From an uncultured Mailhella sp. (GTDB lineage Bacteria > Desulfobacterota > Desulfovibrionia > Desulfovibrionales > Desulfovibrionaceae), in the NCBI GenBank assembly GCA_964632155.1, contig CAZWBH010000006.1, positions 7,558 to 71,557 of the forward strand: 64,000 nt of DNA, in the 5' to 3' direction. Both the position numbers and the translations under genes were made by a program. How positions within the stretch are numbered: the first letter of the stretch is position 1; each line of letters opens with the position of its first letter. This document shows, piece by piece, positions 20,112 through 30,477 of the stretch. Below the pieces are notes generated by a model that saw only the letters and a list, made by a program, of their open reading frames with translations, made no database searches and was not told the DNA's origin.

Positions 20112-21235
20112 GTGTCCGACACGAATATTTTATGCGCGAGGCCCTCGCCCTGGCGGAACGGGGCAGATGGCGCACGGCCCCCAACCCAACGGTGGGTGCG
20201 GTGCTTGTGCGCGAGAATACCATTGTTGCCCAGGGCTGGCACAGCGTTTACGGCCAGGAACACGCCGAGATCAACTGCCTGATTGACGCCGCAAAAAAAG
20301 GTGTGGATCCTTCCCTCTGTACGCTTTATGTCACTCTGGAACCCTGCAATCATCAGGGCAAGACGCCTCCCTGCACTAAAGCCATTCTGGAAGCCGGCAT
20401 ACGTCATGTGGTGGCGGGAATGCATGATGTTAATGTCCGGGCCGCCGGTGGAGCGGAGTATCTCCGTTCTCAGGGCGTGCGCGTGGAGATGGGCGTGCTT
20501 GAGGCCGAATGCCGGGAACATCTTGCTGATTTTATGGTCTGGCAAAGAGAAAAGCGGCCTTACGTTCTTTTAAAGATGGCTTCTTCTCTGGATGGCCGGA
20601 TTGCCGCGCGACAGGGTCGGAGGCAGATGTTTTCCTGCGAGGCTTCCCGTGCGGAAGTCATGCGCCTGCGGGAACATGTTGGCATGGCAGGGGGCGCTGT
20701 GCTTGTTGGCGGGCAGACTTTCTTCACGGATAACCCTCGTCTGACGGCACGCACATCAAGTGCGGCTCGACAGCCGCTTGCGGTCGTACTCTCCTCAAGT
20801 CTCCCAGCTCTGGAGTCCACTTTCCGGCTGGTAGAAGAGCGCCCGCATGAATCGATCTTTTTTACCTCGGCGCCGATGGTAGCTTCTCCCGCAGCCGAGG
20901 CTCTGCGGGGGTGCGGTTGCCGCGTTTTCGGTGTGGGCGAAGGTTCGCACGGATTGGACGTTGTACAGGTACTCAGGCATCTGTACAATACCGAAGGTTG
21001 CCCTTATGTACTCTGCGAAGGCGGGGGGCGACTTGCTCTTTCTCTGCTGGAGGCAGGGTGCGTCGATGAATTTCATCTTCATCTTGCGCCTCTTGTTGTG
21101 GGTGATGCTGAGGCCAGATCTCTTTTTGTCGGTCGCCGTGCGGAGGGCATGGAAGAAGCCTACCGTATGCGCGTGACAAAAATTTCTCTGGCGGGGGACG
21201 ACGTACACCTTCTTTTGAAACCGTTGAGGGCTTAG
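20108..21235 (+). CDS. ribD: Bifunctional riboflavin biosynthesis deaminase/reductase RibD
   Basis: HAEINCL and [13 protein letters not shown] mark the deaminase domain, followed by a C-terminal reductase domain. The GTG start overlaps the upstream stop. Confidence 0.9.
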   Translation: MSVRHEYFMREALALAERGRWRTAPNPTVGAVLVRENTIVAQGWHSVYGQEHAEINCLIDAAKKGVDPSLCTLYVTLEPCNHQGKTPPCTKAILEAGIRHVVAGMHDVNVRAAGGAEYLRSQGVRVEMGVLEAECREHLADFMVWQREKRPYVLLKMASSLDGRIAARQGRRQMFSCEASRAEVMRLREHVGMAGGAVLVGGQTFFTDNPRLTARTSSAARQPLAVVLSSSLPALESTFRLVEERPHESIFFTSAPMVASPAAEALRGCGCRVFGVGEGSHGLDVVQVLRHLYNTEGCPYVLCEGGGRLALSLLEAGCVDEFHLHLAPLVVGDAEARSLFVGRRAEGMEEAYRMRVTKISLAGDDVHLLLKPLRA

Positions 21236-21241
21236 TTTAGT

Positions 21242-21904
21242 ATGTTTACAGGGCTTATCGAAGGTCAGGGCCAGGTAGTTGCGGTTGAGAAGAGTGGGCA
21301 GGACGCCCGCTTTCGCTTTCGCCCGCTTTTTTCCTGGAATGCCTCGAAAACAGGGGAATCCGTGGCCTGTAACGGCGTTTGCCTCACCGTTGAGAGGTTT
21401 TTCCCAACTGGATCGGAATTCGTGGCCATGGCTTCGGCAGAAACGCTTTCCCGTAGCAACCTTGGTGCGTTGCGTCCGGGAGCGCTTGTGAACATGGAAC
21501 GGGCCATGGTGCTTGGCGAACGCCTTGGCGGTCATATAGTGAGCGGCCATGTGGATACGGTGGCACTGGTGGAGCGCCTGGAAACCGTGGGCGCCTCACA
21601 TCGTGTCCGCCTGAGCTTTGAGTCTTCATGGAGCGCTCATATCGTGTCCAAGGGATCTGTAGCACTGGACGGCATTAGTCTTACGGTGAACGCCTGCGGC
21701 ACGGGATTTCTTGAGGTGAATATCATCCCTGAAACTTGGCGCATGACTACGGCGGCCCGGTGGAACCCCGGTTCCGCTGTGAATTTGGAAACAGATATCA
21801 TTGGTAAGTATGTGTCTCACCTTATCCGCCCATACAAGGAAGGGGGGAGCGAATGTTCCAGTGTGACCGCGGAACTTCTGCGCCGCAACGGATTTTTGCT
21901 TTGA
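21242..21904 (+). CDS. ribE: Riboflavin synthase (alpha chain)
   Basis: MFTGLIEGQG..., an internal duplicated lumazine-binding repeat, 220 aa. Confidence 0.9.
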   Translation: MFTGLIEGQGQVVAVEKSGQDARFRFRPLFSWNASKTGESVACNGVCLTVERFFPTGSEFVAMASAETLSRSNLGALRPGALVNMERAMVLGERLGGHIVSGHVDTVALVERLETVGASHRVRLSFESSWSAHIVSKGSVALDGISLTVNACGTGFLEVNIIPETWRMTTAARWNPGSAVNLETDIIGKYVSHLIRPYKEGGSECSSVTAELLRRNGFLL

Positions 21905-22037
21905 TGTGGTTTTTGCGAGAGAGGGCGGAAAAAAGGCGATATTCATCTTGGCAACGCGGGCATTCTGCGCAATGATAGGGTCGTAGCGTAGCTCTTCCTG
22001 TGGGGAAGTTGCTTGAAAATACCTTAGAGAGGCAACT

Positions 22038-22580
22038 ATGTATTCGGTAAAGACTATAGAAGGGAAGTTTGATGCTCATGGCCTGAAGATCGCCATTGTG
22101 GCCGCGCGCTTCAACGATTTTGTGGTACAACGCCTCATTGACGGCGCCGTTGACTATCTCGTCCGACATGGCGCGGAGTCGGAAGATTTGTGTCTTGTTC
22201 GCGTTCCTGGCGCCTATGAACTTCCACTCCTTTGCAAAAAACTTGCCGTATCTGACAGGTACGACGGTGTTATCGCCCTCGGGGCCGTGATCCGCGGCGC
22301 AACGCCGCATTTCGACTATGTGTGCGCCGAAGCCTCCAAGGGTATCGCGCAGACCTCCCTAGAATCGGGTCTACCCATTGGCTTTGGTCTTTTGACTACC
22401 GATACCCTTGAACAGGCCATAGAGCGTGCCGGCGCTCACGCAGGCAACAAGGGTGCGGAAACAGCGGCAGCTGTGGTGGAGACTATCCGCGTCATGAAGG
22501 CACTTTCCCTTTCCGACGATGATGAAGCGCCTCTTTCCGAAGAGGATGATACCCCTTCTATGGAGAAGCATCATGACTAG
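22038..22580 (+). CDS. ribH: 6,7-dimethyl-8-ribityllumazine synthase with an acidic C-terminal tail
   Basis: [18 protein letters not shown] and [14 protein letters not shown]. It carries about 25 extra acidic residues ([18 protein letters not shown]). Confidence 0.9.
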   Translation: MYSVKTIEGKFDAHGLKIAIVAARFNDFVVQRLIDGAVDYLVRHGAESEDLCLVRVPGAYELPLLCKKLAVSDRYDGVIALGAVIRGATPHFDYVCAEASKGIAQTSLESGLPIGFGLLTTDTLEQAIERAGAHAGNKGAETAAAVVETIRVMKALSLSDDDEAPLSEEDDTPSMEKHHD

Positions 22581-22624
22581 CCGCGTTTTTGGCTCCATTT
22601 TCACTTTTCCTATGGAGCAGGCTG

Positions 22625-23104
22625 ATGGCGAGTAAGGAACCTTCTCGCCGTGCGCAGCGTATGTTGGCCTTTCAAACGCTGTACAGTCAGGATTTTCTGA
22701 GTTGCTCCACCGTGGAGGAACTCAGAAAGATATTTCTCTCGGTTCCTCGTCAGGATGATTACATGGAAAACGATGTTTCCCGCTTTGCCTGGGAATTGGT
22801 TCAGGGTGTGTGGGAACACCTTGAAGAACTGGACGGCATTATTGAAAAATTTGCCCATCACTGGCGTCTCGACAGGGTGGGTAAAGTGGAACTCAACTTG
22901 CTCCGCCTTGGCGTGTACGAGATGCTTTACCGCGCGGATGTTCCTTCGCGGGTGTCCATGAACGAGGCTCTGGATTTGGATAAACAGTACGGCGATACTG
23001 GGTCGCACGCCTTTATCAATGGTATTCTCGACGCGGTGAACAAGGCTATGAACAGCGGTAAACTGGCGTCTGTGGGCGCGCAATCAGAAAGGCGGGGCGG
23101 GTAG
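22625..23104 (+). CDS. nusB: Transcription antitermination factor NusB
   Basis: RRAQRMLAFQTLYS...LNLLRLGVYEMLY. I chose the internal ATG at 22625. Confidence 0.88.
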   Translation: MASKEPSRRAQRMLAFQTLYSQDFLSCSTVEELRKIFLSVPRQDDYMENDVSRFAWELVQGVWEHLEELDGIIEKFAHHWRLDRVGKVELNLLRLGVYEMLYRADVPSRVSMNEALDLDKQYGDTGSHAFINGILDAVNKAMNSGKLASVGAQSERRGG

Positions 23105-23122
23105 CCTCCCAAGGATGGAAAA

Positions 23123-25627
23123 ATGTCGCTTTCGTCTCGTTACGATCCTCGGTCTTTGGAAGAAAAATGGCAGAAAATCTGGGCGGAAAAGGGTGTTTTC
23201 CACTGCGACATCGACGCGTCCAGGCCTAAGTACTTTCTTATGGAAATGTTCCCGTACCCTTCGGGAAGAATACATATGGGTCATGTGCGCAACTATTGCC
23301 TTGGCGACGTTTTGGCCCGTTTCCGTAGACTTCAGGGCTATAACGTTCTGCATCCCATAGGGTGGGACGCTTTTGGCCTGCCCGCCGAGAACGCGGCCAT
23401 AAAAAACGGGATTCACCCCGCGAAATGGACGTATTCCAATATCGACAATATGCGCGCGCAACTTAAGCGTATGGGTTACGCTTACGACTGGCGACGGGAA
23501 ATCGCCACCTGTCGTCCGGAATATTACCGTTGGGAACAGGAATTTTTTTTGAAGTGTCTTAAAAAGGGCCTTGTCTACCGTAAGGAAGCTCCGCAGAATT
23601 GGTGCCCGAGTTGCCACACCGTTCTTGCCAACGAACAGGTGGTAGAGGGCAGGTGCTGGCGTTGCGATAGCCCTGTGGAGCAGAAGAACCTCACCCAGTG
23701 GTTCTTCCGCATCACCGCCTACGCCGATGAGCTTTTGGCTGATCTCACGAAGCTGGAAGGCGGCTGGCCCTCCCGTGTACTCACCATGCAACACAACTGG
23801 ATTGGCCGTTCCACCGGTGCAGAGATAATCTTTCGGTTGGAAGGCAGGGAAGACGTCATCAAAGTTTTCACTACCCGCGCGGATACCCTTTTCGGCGTTA
23901 CCTTCATGACCCTTGCCCCCGAACATCCGCTAGTGGAATCTCTTATTGCCGGGCGCGAAAACGAGGCGGCCATCCGTGCTTTTATTGAAAGAATCCGCAA
24001 CATGGATCGTCTAGATCGTCAGTCCGAAAACCTGGAAAAAGATGGCGTGTTCACGGGCGCATATTGCATCAATCCCTTAACCGGGGATCGCGTTCCCATC
24101 TGGTTAGGCAATTTTGTCCTTGCGGATTACGGTACAGGAGCCGTCATGGCTGTACCTGCCCATGATCAGCGCGACTTCGACTTTGCCCGACGTTTTGGCA
24201 TCAATATCAAGGTAGTGGTCAGTCCGGAAGGGCATGTTCTCGACCCTGCCTCCATGGAAGCGGCCTATACCGAAGCGGGCGTGATGGTGAATTCCGGCGA
24301 GTTCACGGGTATGCCCAATGACAAAGGACGCGATGCCATCATTAAAAAACTTACTGAAACAGGCAATGGCGGTTCCACAGTTAATTATCGCCTGCGTGAC
24401 TGGAATATTTCCCGGCAGCGTTACTGGGGCGCACCCATTCCCGTGGTTTACTGCGAACGTTGCGGCGTTCAGCCTGTGAAGGAAGAAGATCTGCCCATCC
24501 TTCTCCCTCTGGACGTGCAAACTTGCGAGGACGGTCGTTCTCCATTGCCGTCCACGCCTTCCTTTGTGGAAACCGTTTGCCCTTGTTGCGGCGGCCCTGC
24601 ACGACGCGAGACGGACACCATGGATACCTTTGTGGAATCTTCCTGGTATTTTGCTCGTTACACCTCACCCCGTAAGGAAGACGGGCCTTTCGATACGGAG
24701 GCGCTCAAGTACTGGCTTCCCGTGGATCAGTATATTGGCGGGGTGGAGCACGCCATTCTGCATCTTTTGTATTCGCGTTTCTTTACCAGGATGTTGCGCG
24801 ATACCGGCTACTTCCCCACGGAGTTCGATGAGCCTTTCAGCCGTCTGCTCACCCAGGGCATGGTGCTTCTTGGCGGTAGCAAGATGTCCAAGTCCAAGGG
24901 CAATATTGTGGATCCGGACGCCATGGTAAAAAAGTATGGCGCGGATACCGTGCGCCTTTTCTGCCTTTTTGCCGCGCCGCCGGAACGTGACTTCGACTGG
25001 ACGGAAAGCGGCATAGAGGGCGCCTTCCGCTTTGTGAACCGCGTGTGGCGTATGTTTGTCGAAATGGAATCTGTGCTTTCGCCCGTAAAGGCCTGCTCTC
25101 ATCTCTCCCCGGCAACGGCTGAACCCGTCAAGGCTCTGCGTCGCTTCGAGCATGCCACGGTAAAGAAGGTGGGCGATGATATCGGTCTGCGCAATCAGTT
25201 CAACACGGCCATTGCCGCGATTATGGAACTTGTGAACGCCGTGAACCAGTACCGCGACGAGCTTTCCTCCACAGAAGAAGGGCGCGCGTGCCTTTCTTCC
25301 GCCATGGCCACGTTGCTTACCACGCTTTACCCCTTTACGCCGCATTTGTGCGAAGAAATCTGGCAGGCTCTGGGGCATGAGTACAGGATCGATGCCGAAA
25401 TCTGGCCGCAGTGGAAGGAAGAAGCCCTTGCCCGCGAAGCCATCACAGTGGTGGTACAGGTGAACGGCAAGCTTCGCAGTCGAGTGGAAGTCCCCGCTGA
25501 AAGTAGCGAGGAAGAACTACGGCGTGTTGCCCTGGCCGACGTTGACATTGAGCGCCATGTGGCGGGTAAGACGGTGCGCAAGGTGATTGTGGTGCCCGGT
25601 AAATTGGTCAATATTGTGGCGAACTGA
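23123..25627 (+). CDS. leuS: Leucine--tRNA ligase
   Basis: 834 aa with [15 protein letters not shown] and KMSKSKGN. Confidence 0.95.
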   Translation: MSLSSRYDPRSLEEKWQKIWAEKGVFHCDIDASRPKYFLMEMFPYPSGRIHMGHVRNYCLGDVLARFRRLQGYNVLHPIGWDAFGLPAENAAIKNGIHPAKWTYSNIDNMRAQLKRMGYAYDWRREIATCRPEYYRWEQEFFLKCLKKGLVYRKEAPQNWCPSCHTVLANEQVVEGRCWRCDSPVEQKNLTQWFFRITAYADELLADLTKLEGGWPSRVLTMQHNWIGRSTGAEIIFRLEGREDVIKVFTTRADTLFGVTFMTLAPEHPLVESLIAGRENEAAIRAFIERIRNMDRLDRQSENLEKDGVFTGAYCINPLTGDRVPIWLGNFVLADYGTGAVMAVPAHDQRDFDFARRFGINIKVVVSPEGHVLDPASMEAAYTEAGVMVNSGEFTGMPNDKGRDAIIKKLTETGNGGSTVNYRLRDWNISRQRYWGAPIPVVYCERCGVQPVKEEDLPILLPLDVQTCEDGRSPLPSTPSFVETVCPCCGGPARRETDTMDTFVESSWYFARYTSPRKEDGPFDTEALKYWLPVDQYIGGVEHAILHLLYSRFFTRMLRDTGYFPTEFDEPFSRLLTQGMVLLGGSKMSKSKGNIVDPDAMVKKYGADTVRLFCLFAAPPERDFDWTESGIEGAFRFVNRVWRMFVEMESVLSPVKACSHLSPATAEPVKALRRFEHATVKKVGDDIGLRNQFNTAIAAIMELVNAVNQYRDELSSTEEGRACLSSAMATLLTTLYPFTPHLCEEIWQALGHEYRIDAEIWPQWKEEALAREAITVVVQVNGKLRSRVEVPAESSEEELRRVALADVDIERHVAGKTVRKVIVVPGKLVNIVAN

Positions 25628-25629
25628 GT

Positions 25630-26160
25630 ATGAAGAGCAAAAGGGAGAAAAGGCGCATACTGTTCGCGGCTTGCCTTGTTGTGAGTCTCTTTCTCTGTGC
25701 CTGCGGCTACGAACTGGATGGCTTTTCTTCCGCTTCCAGCCGTGCCGAAAGCGTGCTGGGCGATGGGAACAGTACGCTGAAGGTGGAACATGTGGAGCAG
25801 GTGACCATGTACCCATGGATAGTCTACTATCTGAGGGGGCGTGTGCGCGATGAAGTGAATCTGCGCCGCCTGGCCCGGTGGGTAGACGGCGGGCAGGCGG
25901 ATTATACGCTGGACATCATCATGCCTCATTTCCACGTCCGATCCTATGTGAGCAACCGCGTGGACAATACTCTTCTCAGCGAGACTGGCGTTACCCTGGA
26001 ACTCATTGTCCGCAATGGGCGTAACGGCGTTGTGGTTTGGCGTTCCGGTGCCATATCCTACGATGACAGGTTTGAAACAGTGGATGAGGAGAGCGCCATC
26101 CGTGACGGGCTGAAGGAAGCCCTGACCCGGGCTCTCGATCGTATGCAACAGAAGTTCTGA
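25630..26160 (+). CDS. lptE: LPS-assembly lipoprotein LptE-like
   Basis: Lipobox LFLCAC-G after a basic N-terminus, and the conserved leuS-lptE-holA position. Confidence 0.6.
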   Translation: MKSKREKRRILFAACLVVSLFLCACGYELDGFSSASSRAESVLGDGNSTLKVEHVEQVTMYPWIVYYLRGRVRDEVNLRRLARWVDGGQADYTLDIIMPHFHVRSYVSNRVDNTLLSETGVTLELIVRNGRNGVVVWRSGAISYDDRFETVDEESAIRDGLKEALTRALDRMQQKF

Positions 26161-26164
26161 AATC

Positions 26165-27121
26165 ATGGAACGCCCCGGATTCTTCTTTAGCATCTGCCCG
26201 GATGCCCTTCTTTTGCGCGAGGCGCTGGAGAGGGGTATTCTGGCGTCCCTTGCCGCCGAAACTCCCGACTTTGTTCTGTTCTGGGGTGATGAAGATCTAG
26301 ACCGCCGTTTTTGGGATGCGCTTACCCTTCAGGGGTTAGGCTCGCGCATGAAGGTGCTTGTGGTTCGCCTGGCGCAGGAACTCCCCGCTGAAACATGGAA
26401 AAGGCTTTCATCGGCACTGGCTACGCCCCGTTCCAACGTGCTTCCGGTAATCTGCCTGGAAGGCCCGTGGGAAAAGGGTCAGCCAAAACTTCCTGCGGTC
26501 ATTGCCCGCTTAAAGTGTCTTATCTTTGCGGAAAAAAAAGGTTGGGTTTTGCGCCTGGCCGGCCTGGACGGGCGTTCCCTGCGGCCATATGTGCAAAAGA
26601 AAGCCAAGGAAAGAGGACTTTGCCTTTCGCCGGACGCCGTGGATATGCTTACGGAGATGGTTCTTCCCGAGGCTTCAGCCGTACAGGGTGTTTTGGAACA
26701 GCTTTCTCTGGCATCGCGGGACGGGATGGTGGACGCGCCCCTGGTACGCCAAGTGACGAAATTTGCAACGGAAGGCGTAATTTTTGACCTCGTCCGTCAC
26801 CTTGAACACGGCAATTCCGCTGAAGTGTGGAAGGCCCTTACCCGAGAGGGAGACGGCGGAGAATCCCTGCTCTTTCCCCTGCTTGCACTCCTGGCGAAAG
26901 AAGGGCGTATGCTCTGGCAGATGCGGGCAAAAGAGAGTGTCTACTGCCCGCGTCATGTGGAGGGGGAAAAGCGTCGTCTTGCGGAGACTCTGGGATTTTC
27001 CGGGTTGACATGTCTTTTTGAGGAGTTGGAACGGACGGAATACGGGGTAAAATCCGGGGCCGTGCAACCAGTGCAGGCTGTAGAGAGTCTGGTGGCGAAT
27101 CTTTTGCTTTTATTTTCCTAA
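26165..27121 (+). CDS. holA: DNA polymerase III delta subunit
   Basis: 318 aa. The call rests on position after leuS-lptE and a delta-like helical C-terminal pattern. No sharp motif was seen. Confidence 0.6.
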   Translation: MERPGFFFSICPDALLLREALERGILASLAAETPDFVLFWGDEDLDRRFWDALTLQGLGSRMKVLVVRLAQELPAETWKRLSSALATPRSNVLPVICLEGPWEKGQPKLPAVIARLKCLIFAEKKGWVLRLAGLDGRSLRPYVQKKAKERGLCLSPDAVDMLTEMVLPEASAVQGVLEQLSLASRDGMVDAPLVRQVTKFATEGVIFDLVRHLEHGNSAEVWKALTREGDGGESLLFPLLALLAKEGRMLWQMRAKESVYCPRHVEGEKRRLAETLGFSGLTCLFEELERTEYGVKSGAVQPVQAVESLVANLLLLFS

Positions 27122-27153
27122 CGCACCGGGTTCTTCCTCAATGCTACCCTTTC

Positions 27154-27894
27154 GTGAGATGCCGCATGGTCGAAAACAACAATACCTCCGCGAATCTTCA
27201 TGTTGGTCATAGAAGGCGCCTTCGCGAACGCCTTTTGGCGAAGCCTGGGGCGCTTTCCGATGAAGAGCTTGTGGAATTGCTCCTGGGCTATACCTATCTT
27301 CGGCGGGACAATGCCCCCCTCTCGCGGCGTCTCATCCAGTATTTTGGAACCGTACGGGATTTTCTGGCGGCTCCTTCCGGATCTCTGCATCGTGTGGAAG
27401 GTTGCGGAGAGCCTGTAGAGACGCTTTTGGTGCTTCTGCGCGAACTTTTTGCCAGAAGCCACGCCTCAACGGTAAAGAAGAGGCAGGCCTTGTCCATGGA
27501 AGAGATTGTTGAAATGGGGAAAAGCCGCCTTATTCTCTGTCCGCATGAAGAAGTATGGGCCGCGCTTCTGGACAAACGGAACAGGTTGCTTAACTTTATC
27601 CGTGTTCGCGAAGGTTCTGCCAGTCATATACCGTTGGAGCCGCGCGAAGTTGTCGAGCTTATGTTCAGGGAGAACGCGAGTAGCGTTGTGCTTCTGCATA
27701 ATCATCCGTCCGGACTTTCCAGACCCTCTGTTTCCGATAGGGACTGGACGGAGCGGCTTGATGCCACGCTCCAGAGCCTTGGGATGTACCTTCAGGATCA
27801 TATCATCATCTCCCAGAGTCAGGCCTTCAGCCTGAGGCTTGACAGAATTCTGCCACCGCGAGAAGACGGGTTCTTCGTACCCGCACGAGGATAG
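27154..27894 (+). CDS. radC: RadC-family JAB/MPN domain protein
   Basis: LSDEELVELLLG... and LLHNHPSGLSRPSVSD (JAMM motif). The start may instead be ATG 27166. Confidence 0.85.
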   Translation: MRCRMVENNNTSANLHVGHRRRLRERLLAKPGALSDEELVELLLGYTYLRRDNAPLSRRLIQYFGTVRDFLAAPSGSLHRVEGCGEPVETLLVLLRELFARSHASTVKKRQALSMEEIVEMGKSRLILCPHEEVWAALLDKRNRLLNFIRVREGSASHIPLEPREVVELMFRENASSVVLLHNHPSGLSRPSVSDRDWTERLDATLQSLGMYLQDHIIISQSQAFSLRLDRILPPREDGFFVPARG

Positions 27895-27895
27895 C

Positions 27896-30397
27896 ATGAG
27901 CGAGAGAGAAAAAACGTTTCCAGAAGAACGAAAGGACAAACCCCTTACCGCAACCACAGGGGAAGAATCCGCTATATCCGCGGAATCTGCCAAAGCCGAC
28001 GAATCTGCCCATGTTGTTGAAGAGGAACAGGGCGCGGGTACGGAAGAAGCCCCGCAGGCGGAGAAAAGCGGCGAGGCCTCTTTGCCCGAATGGATTCCCG
28101 TTTTGCCCATGTGCGACGCCGTGGTTTTCAGTTCCATGATAGTCCCGATTTTTGAAGGTCGAGAAAAATATATAGAAACCGTGGATTTTGCCCAGAACGG
28201 GGATCGCTTTCTCTTCCTCTGTGCCCAGCGTAGTCACGATGTGGAAAATCCAACCCCCGCGGATCTCTACTCCGTGGGTACTGTAGTCATGACCTTGCGT
28301 ACCATACGCCTTGTCGATGGTCAGGCAAAAGTGCTTGTTCAGGCGTTGACTCGCGCCAGAGCAAAGGCCTTCGGCAACGAGGGTAATATGTTGATGGCGC
28401 AACTCGAAGTACTCCATGATACGCGCTCAGAGATTTCCGATGTAGAGCTGGAAGCGCTCTTGCGCACGGCAAGGGAGCAGAGCGAACGGATTCTGCATCT
28501 ACGCGATATTCCTTCAGGAGAAATCATGGGAGTGCTTGGTGCGGTGAACGAACCGGGGCGCCTGGCGGATATCATTGCCAGCAATGTGCGCATGAACGTG
28601 CCCGCCGCGCAGTCCCTGCTGGAATGTTTGGATTCCGTGGAGCGCCTGCGCAGGGTGAACGCCATGCTCATGCGCGAGGCTGAGGTTGCCCAGGTGCAGG
28701 CCCGCATTCAGAGTAAGGCTCGCGAAGGTATGGAGAAAAACCAGAAGGAATATTTTCTGAGGGAACAGCTCAAAGCCATACACAACGAACTTGGGGATCG
28801 CATCGACGAAAACGAAGAACAGCAGAAACTCAAGGAATCTCTGGACAGAGCGGAACTTCCCGCCGAGGCCAGAGAGGAAGCGGACAAGCAATTGCATCGC
28901 CTGGCCGCCATGCACAGTGATTCCCCCGAAGCCACCGTGGTACGCACCTATTTGGAGTTGCTAGCGGAACTTCCGTGGAAGAAAACTTCCCGCGACAGGC
29001 TCAACATAGCCAAGGCCGCGAAGATACTGGATGAAGACCACTTCGGGCTGGAAAAGGTCAAGGATCGCATTTTGGAATTTCTCAGCGTGCGCAAGCTGAA
29101 CCCCGCCTCACACGGCTCCGTGCTTTGCTTTGTGGGGCCGCCTGGCGTGGGCAAAACCTCGCTGGGACATTCCATAGCCCGCGCCATGGGTCGGAAGTTT
29201 CAGCGCATTTCTCTGGGCGGAATGCGTGATGAGGCAGAAATCCGCGGGCACAGGCGTACCTATATCGGCTCCATGCCCGGTCGCATTATCCAGGCCGTGC
29301 GCAAGGCGGGCACACGCAACCCCGTCATTGTGCTGGATGAAATTGACAAGCTGGGCAGCGATTTTCGCGGGGATCCGTCTTCCGCTCTTCTGGAAGCGCT
29401 GGATCCGGAACAGAACGCGCATTTCAGCGATCATTACCTCAATGTGGAATTTGATCTTTCCAAAGTTCTCTTTTTATGCACGGCCAATCAAGTGGAAACT
29501 GTACCGCCGGCACTTCTCGACAGGCTGGAGGTGATTTCCCTCTCCGGCTATACGGAACAGGAAAAGTTGATTATTGCCCAAAGGCACCTTTTGCCGCGCC
29601 AAAGGGCGGACAACGGCCTTGAGGAGGGCGATATCATCTTCCGTCCAAGCGCCATCACACGCATCATTCGTTCCTATACCCGCGAGGCCGGGGTGCGCAA
29701 CTTGGAGCGCGAGATCGGGAGCGTTTGTCGCAAACTGGCCAGACGCAAGGCGGAGGGCGAAAAACCACCCTTTGTGGCAACGCCTTCGCAAGTATCGCGC
29801 CTTCTAGGGGCGCCGCGCTTCCGCGAAGAGGAAAACGAGGCGGAACTCATTCCGGGCGTGGCCCTTGGCCTTGCCTGGACGCAGGCCGGCGGAAGAGTTC
29901 TGCATGTGGAAGCGACTACTATGAAGGGCAAGGGAGTTCTTCTGCTCACAGGGCAACTGGGCGACGTAATGAAGGAAAGCGCTCAGGCAGCCATGAGCTA
30001 TGCACGGACTCACGCTGCGGAACTGGGCATAGATCCGAAAAGCCACGAAAAGCTGGATATACACATCCATGTGCCCGCGGGCGCCACACCCAAGGATGGC
30101 CCTTCCGCGGGCGTGACGCTGGTTTCGGCCCTGGTTTCCGCGTTCACGGGCAGGCGTGTGCGGGGAGATACCTGCATGACCGGCGAAATCACCCTTCGCG
30201 GTCGCGTACTCCCCGTGGGCGGCATCAAGGAAAAGATATTGGGGGCCGTGGCACTGGGGCTGAAGCGAGTAGTCATCCCCGCGCAGAATCTCAAGGATTT
30301 GGAGGAAATTCCTCGCAATCTCCGTTCGCGCATTGAAATACTCAGTGTGGAGAGCATAGACGAACTTCTGCCTCTTGTACTCACGCCCGAGGTGTGA
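27896..30397 (+). CDS. lon: ATP-dependent Lon protease
   Basis: GPPGVGKTS and PKDGPSAGV (catalytic Ser). About 75 aa of acidic N-terminal extension precede the LON substrate-binding domain. I chose ATG 27896, just after the radC stop. Confidence 0.93.
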   Translation: MSEREKTFPEERKDKPLTATTGEESAISAESAKADESAHVVEEEQGAGTEEAPQAEKSGEASLPEWIPVLPMCDAVVFSSMIVPIFEGREKYIETVDFAQNGDRFLFLCAQRSHDVENPTPADLYSVGTVVMTLRTIRLVDGQAKVLVQALTRARAKAFGNEGNMLMAQLEVLHDTRSEISDVELEALLRTAREQSERILHLRDIPSGEIMGVLGAVNEPGRLADIIASNVRMNVPAAQSLLECLDSVERLRRVNAMLMREAEVAQVQARIQSKAREGMEKNQKEYFLREQLKAIHNELGDRIDENEEQQKLKESLDRAELPAEAREEADKQLHRLAAMHSDSPEATVVRTYLELLAELPWKKTSRDRLNIAKAAKILDEDHFGLEKVKDRILEFLSVRKLNPASHGSVLCFVGPPGVGKTSLGHSIARAMGRKFQRISLGGMRDEAEIRGHRRTYIGSMPGRIIQAVRKAGTRNPVIVLDEIDKLGSDFRGDPSSALLEALDPEQNAHFSDHYLNVEFDLSKVLFLCTANQVETVPPALLDRLEVISLSGYTEQEKLIIAQRHLLPRQRADNGLEEGDIIFRPSAITRIIRSYTREAGVRNLEREIGSVCRKLARRKAEGEKPPFVATPSQVSRLLGAPRFREEENEAELIPGVALGLAWTQAGGRVLHVEATTMKGKGVLLLTGQLGDVMKESAQAAMSYARTHAAELGIDPKSHEKLDIHIHVPAGATPKDGPSAGVTLVSALVSAFTGRRVRGDTCMTGEITLRGRVLPVGGIKEKILGAVALGLKRVVIPAQNLKDLEEIPRNLRSRIEILSVESIDELLPLVLTPEV

Positions 30398-30477
30398 AGG
30401 AACTTTTGCTGCATTTGCCCAGAAGCGGCGGAGCTTTGTAAAAGAAAGGAACGCCATTAGACGCCCATCGTGCCGAC

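Noticed and set aside
19549-22037. FMN (RFN) riboswitch upstream of ribD or ribH
   Set aside because: ribD overlaps the preceding dCMP deaminase gene. The 133-nt ribE-ribH spacer has none of the conserved RFN blocks.
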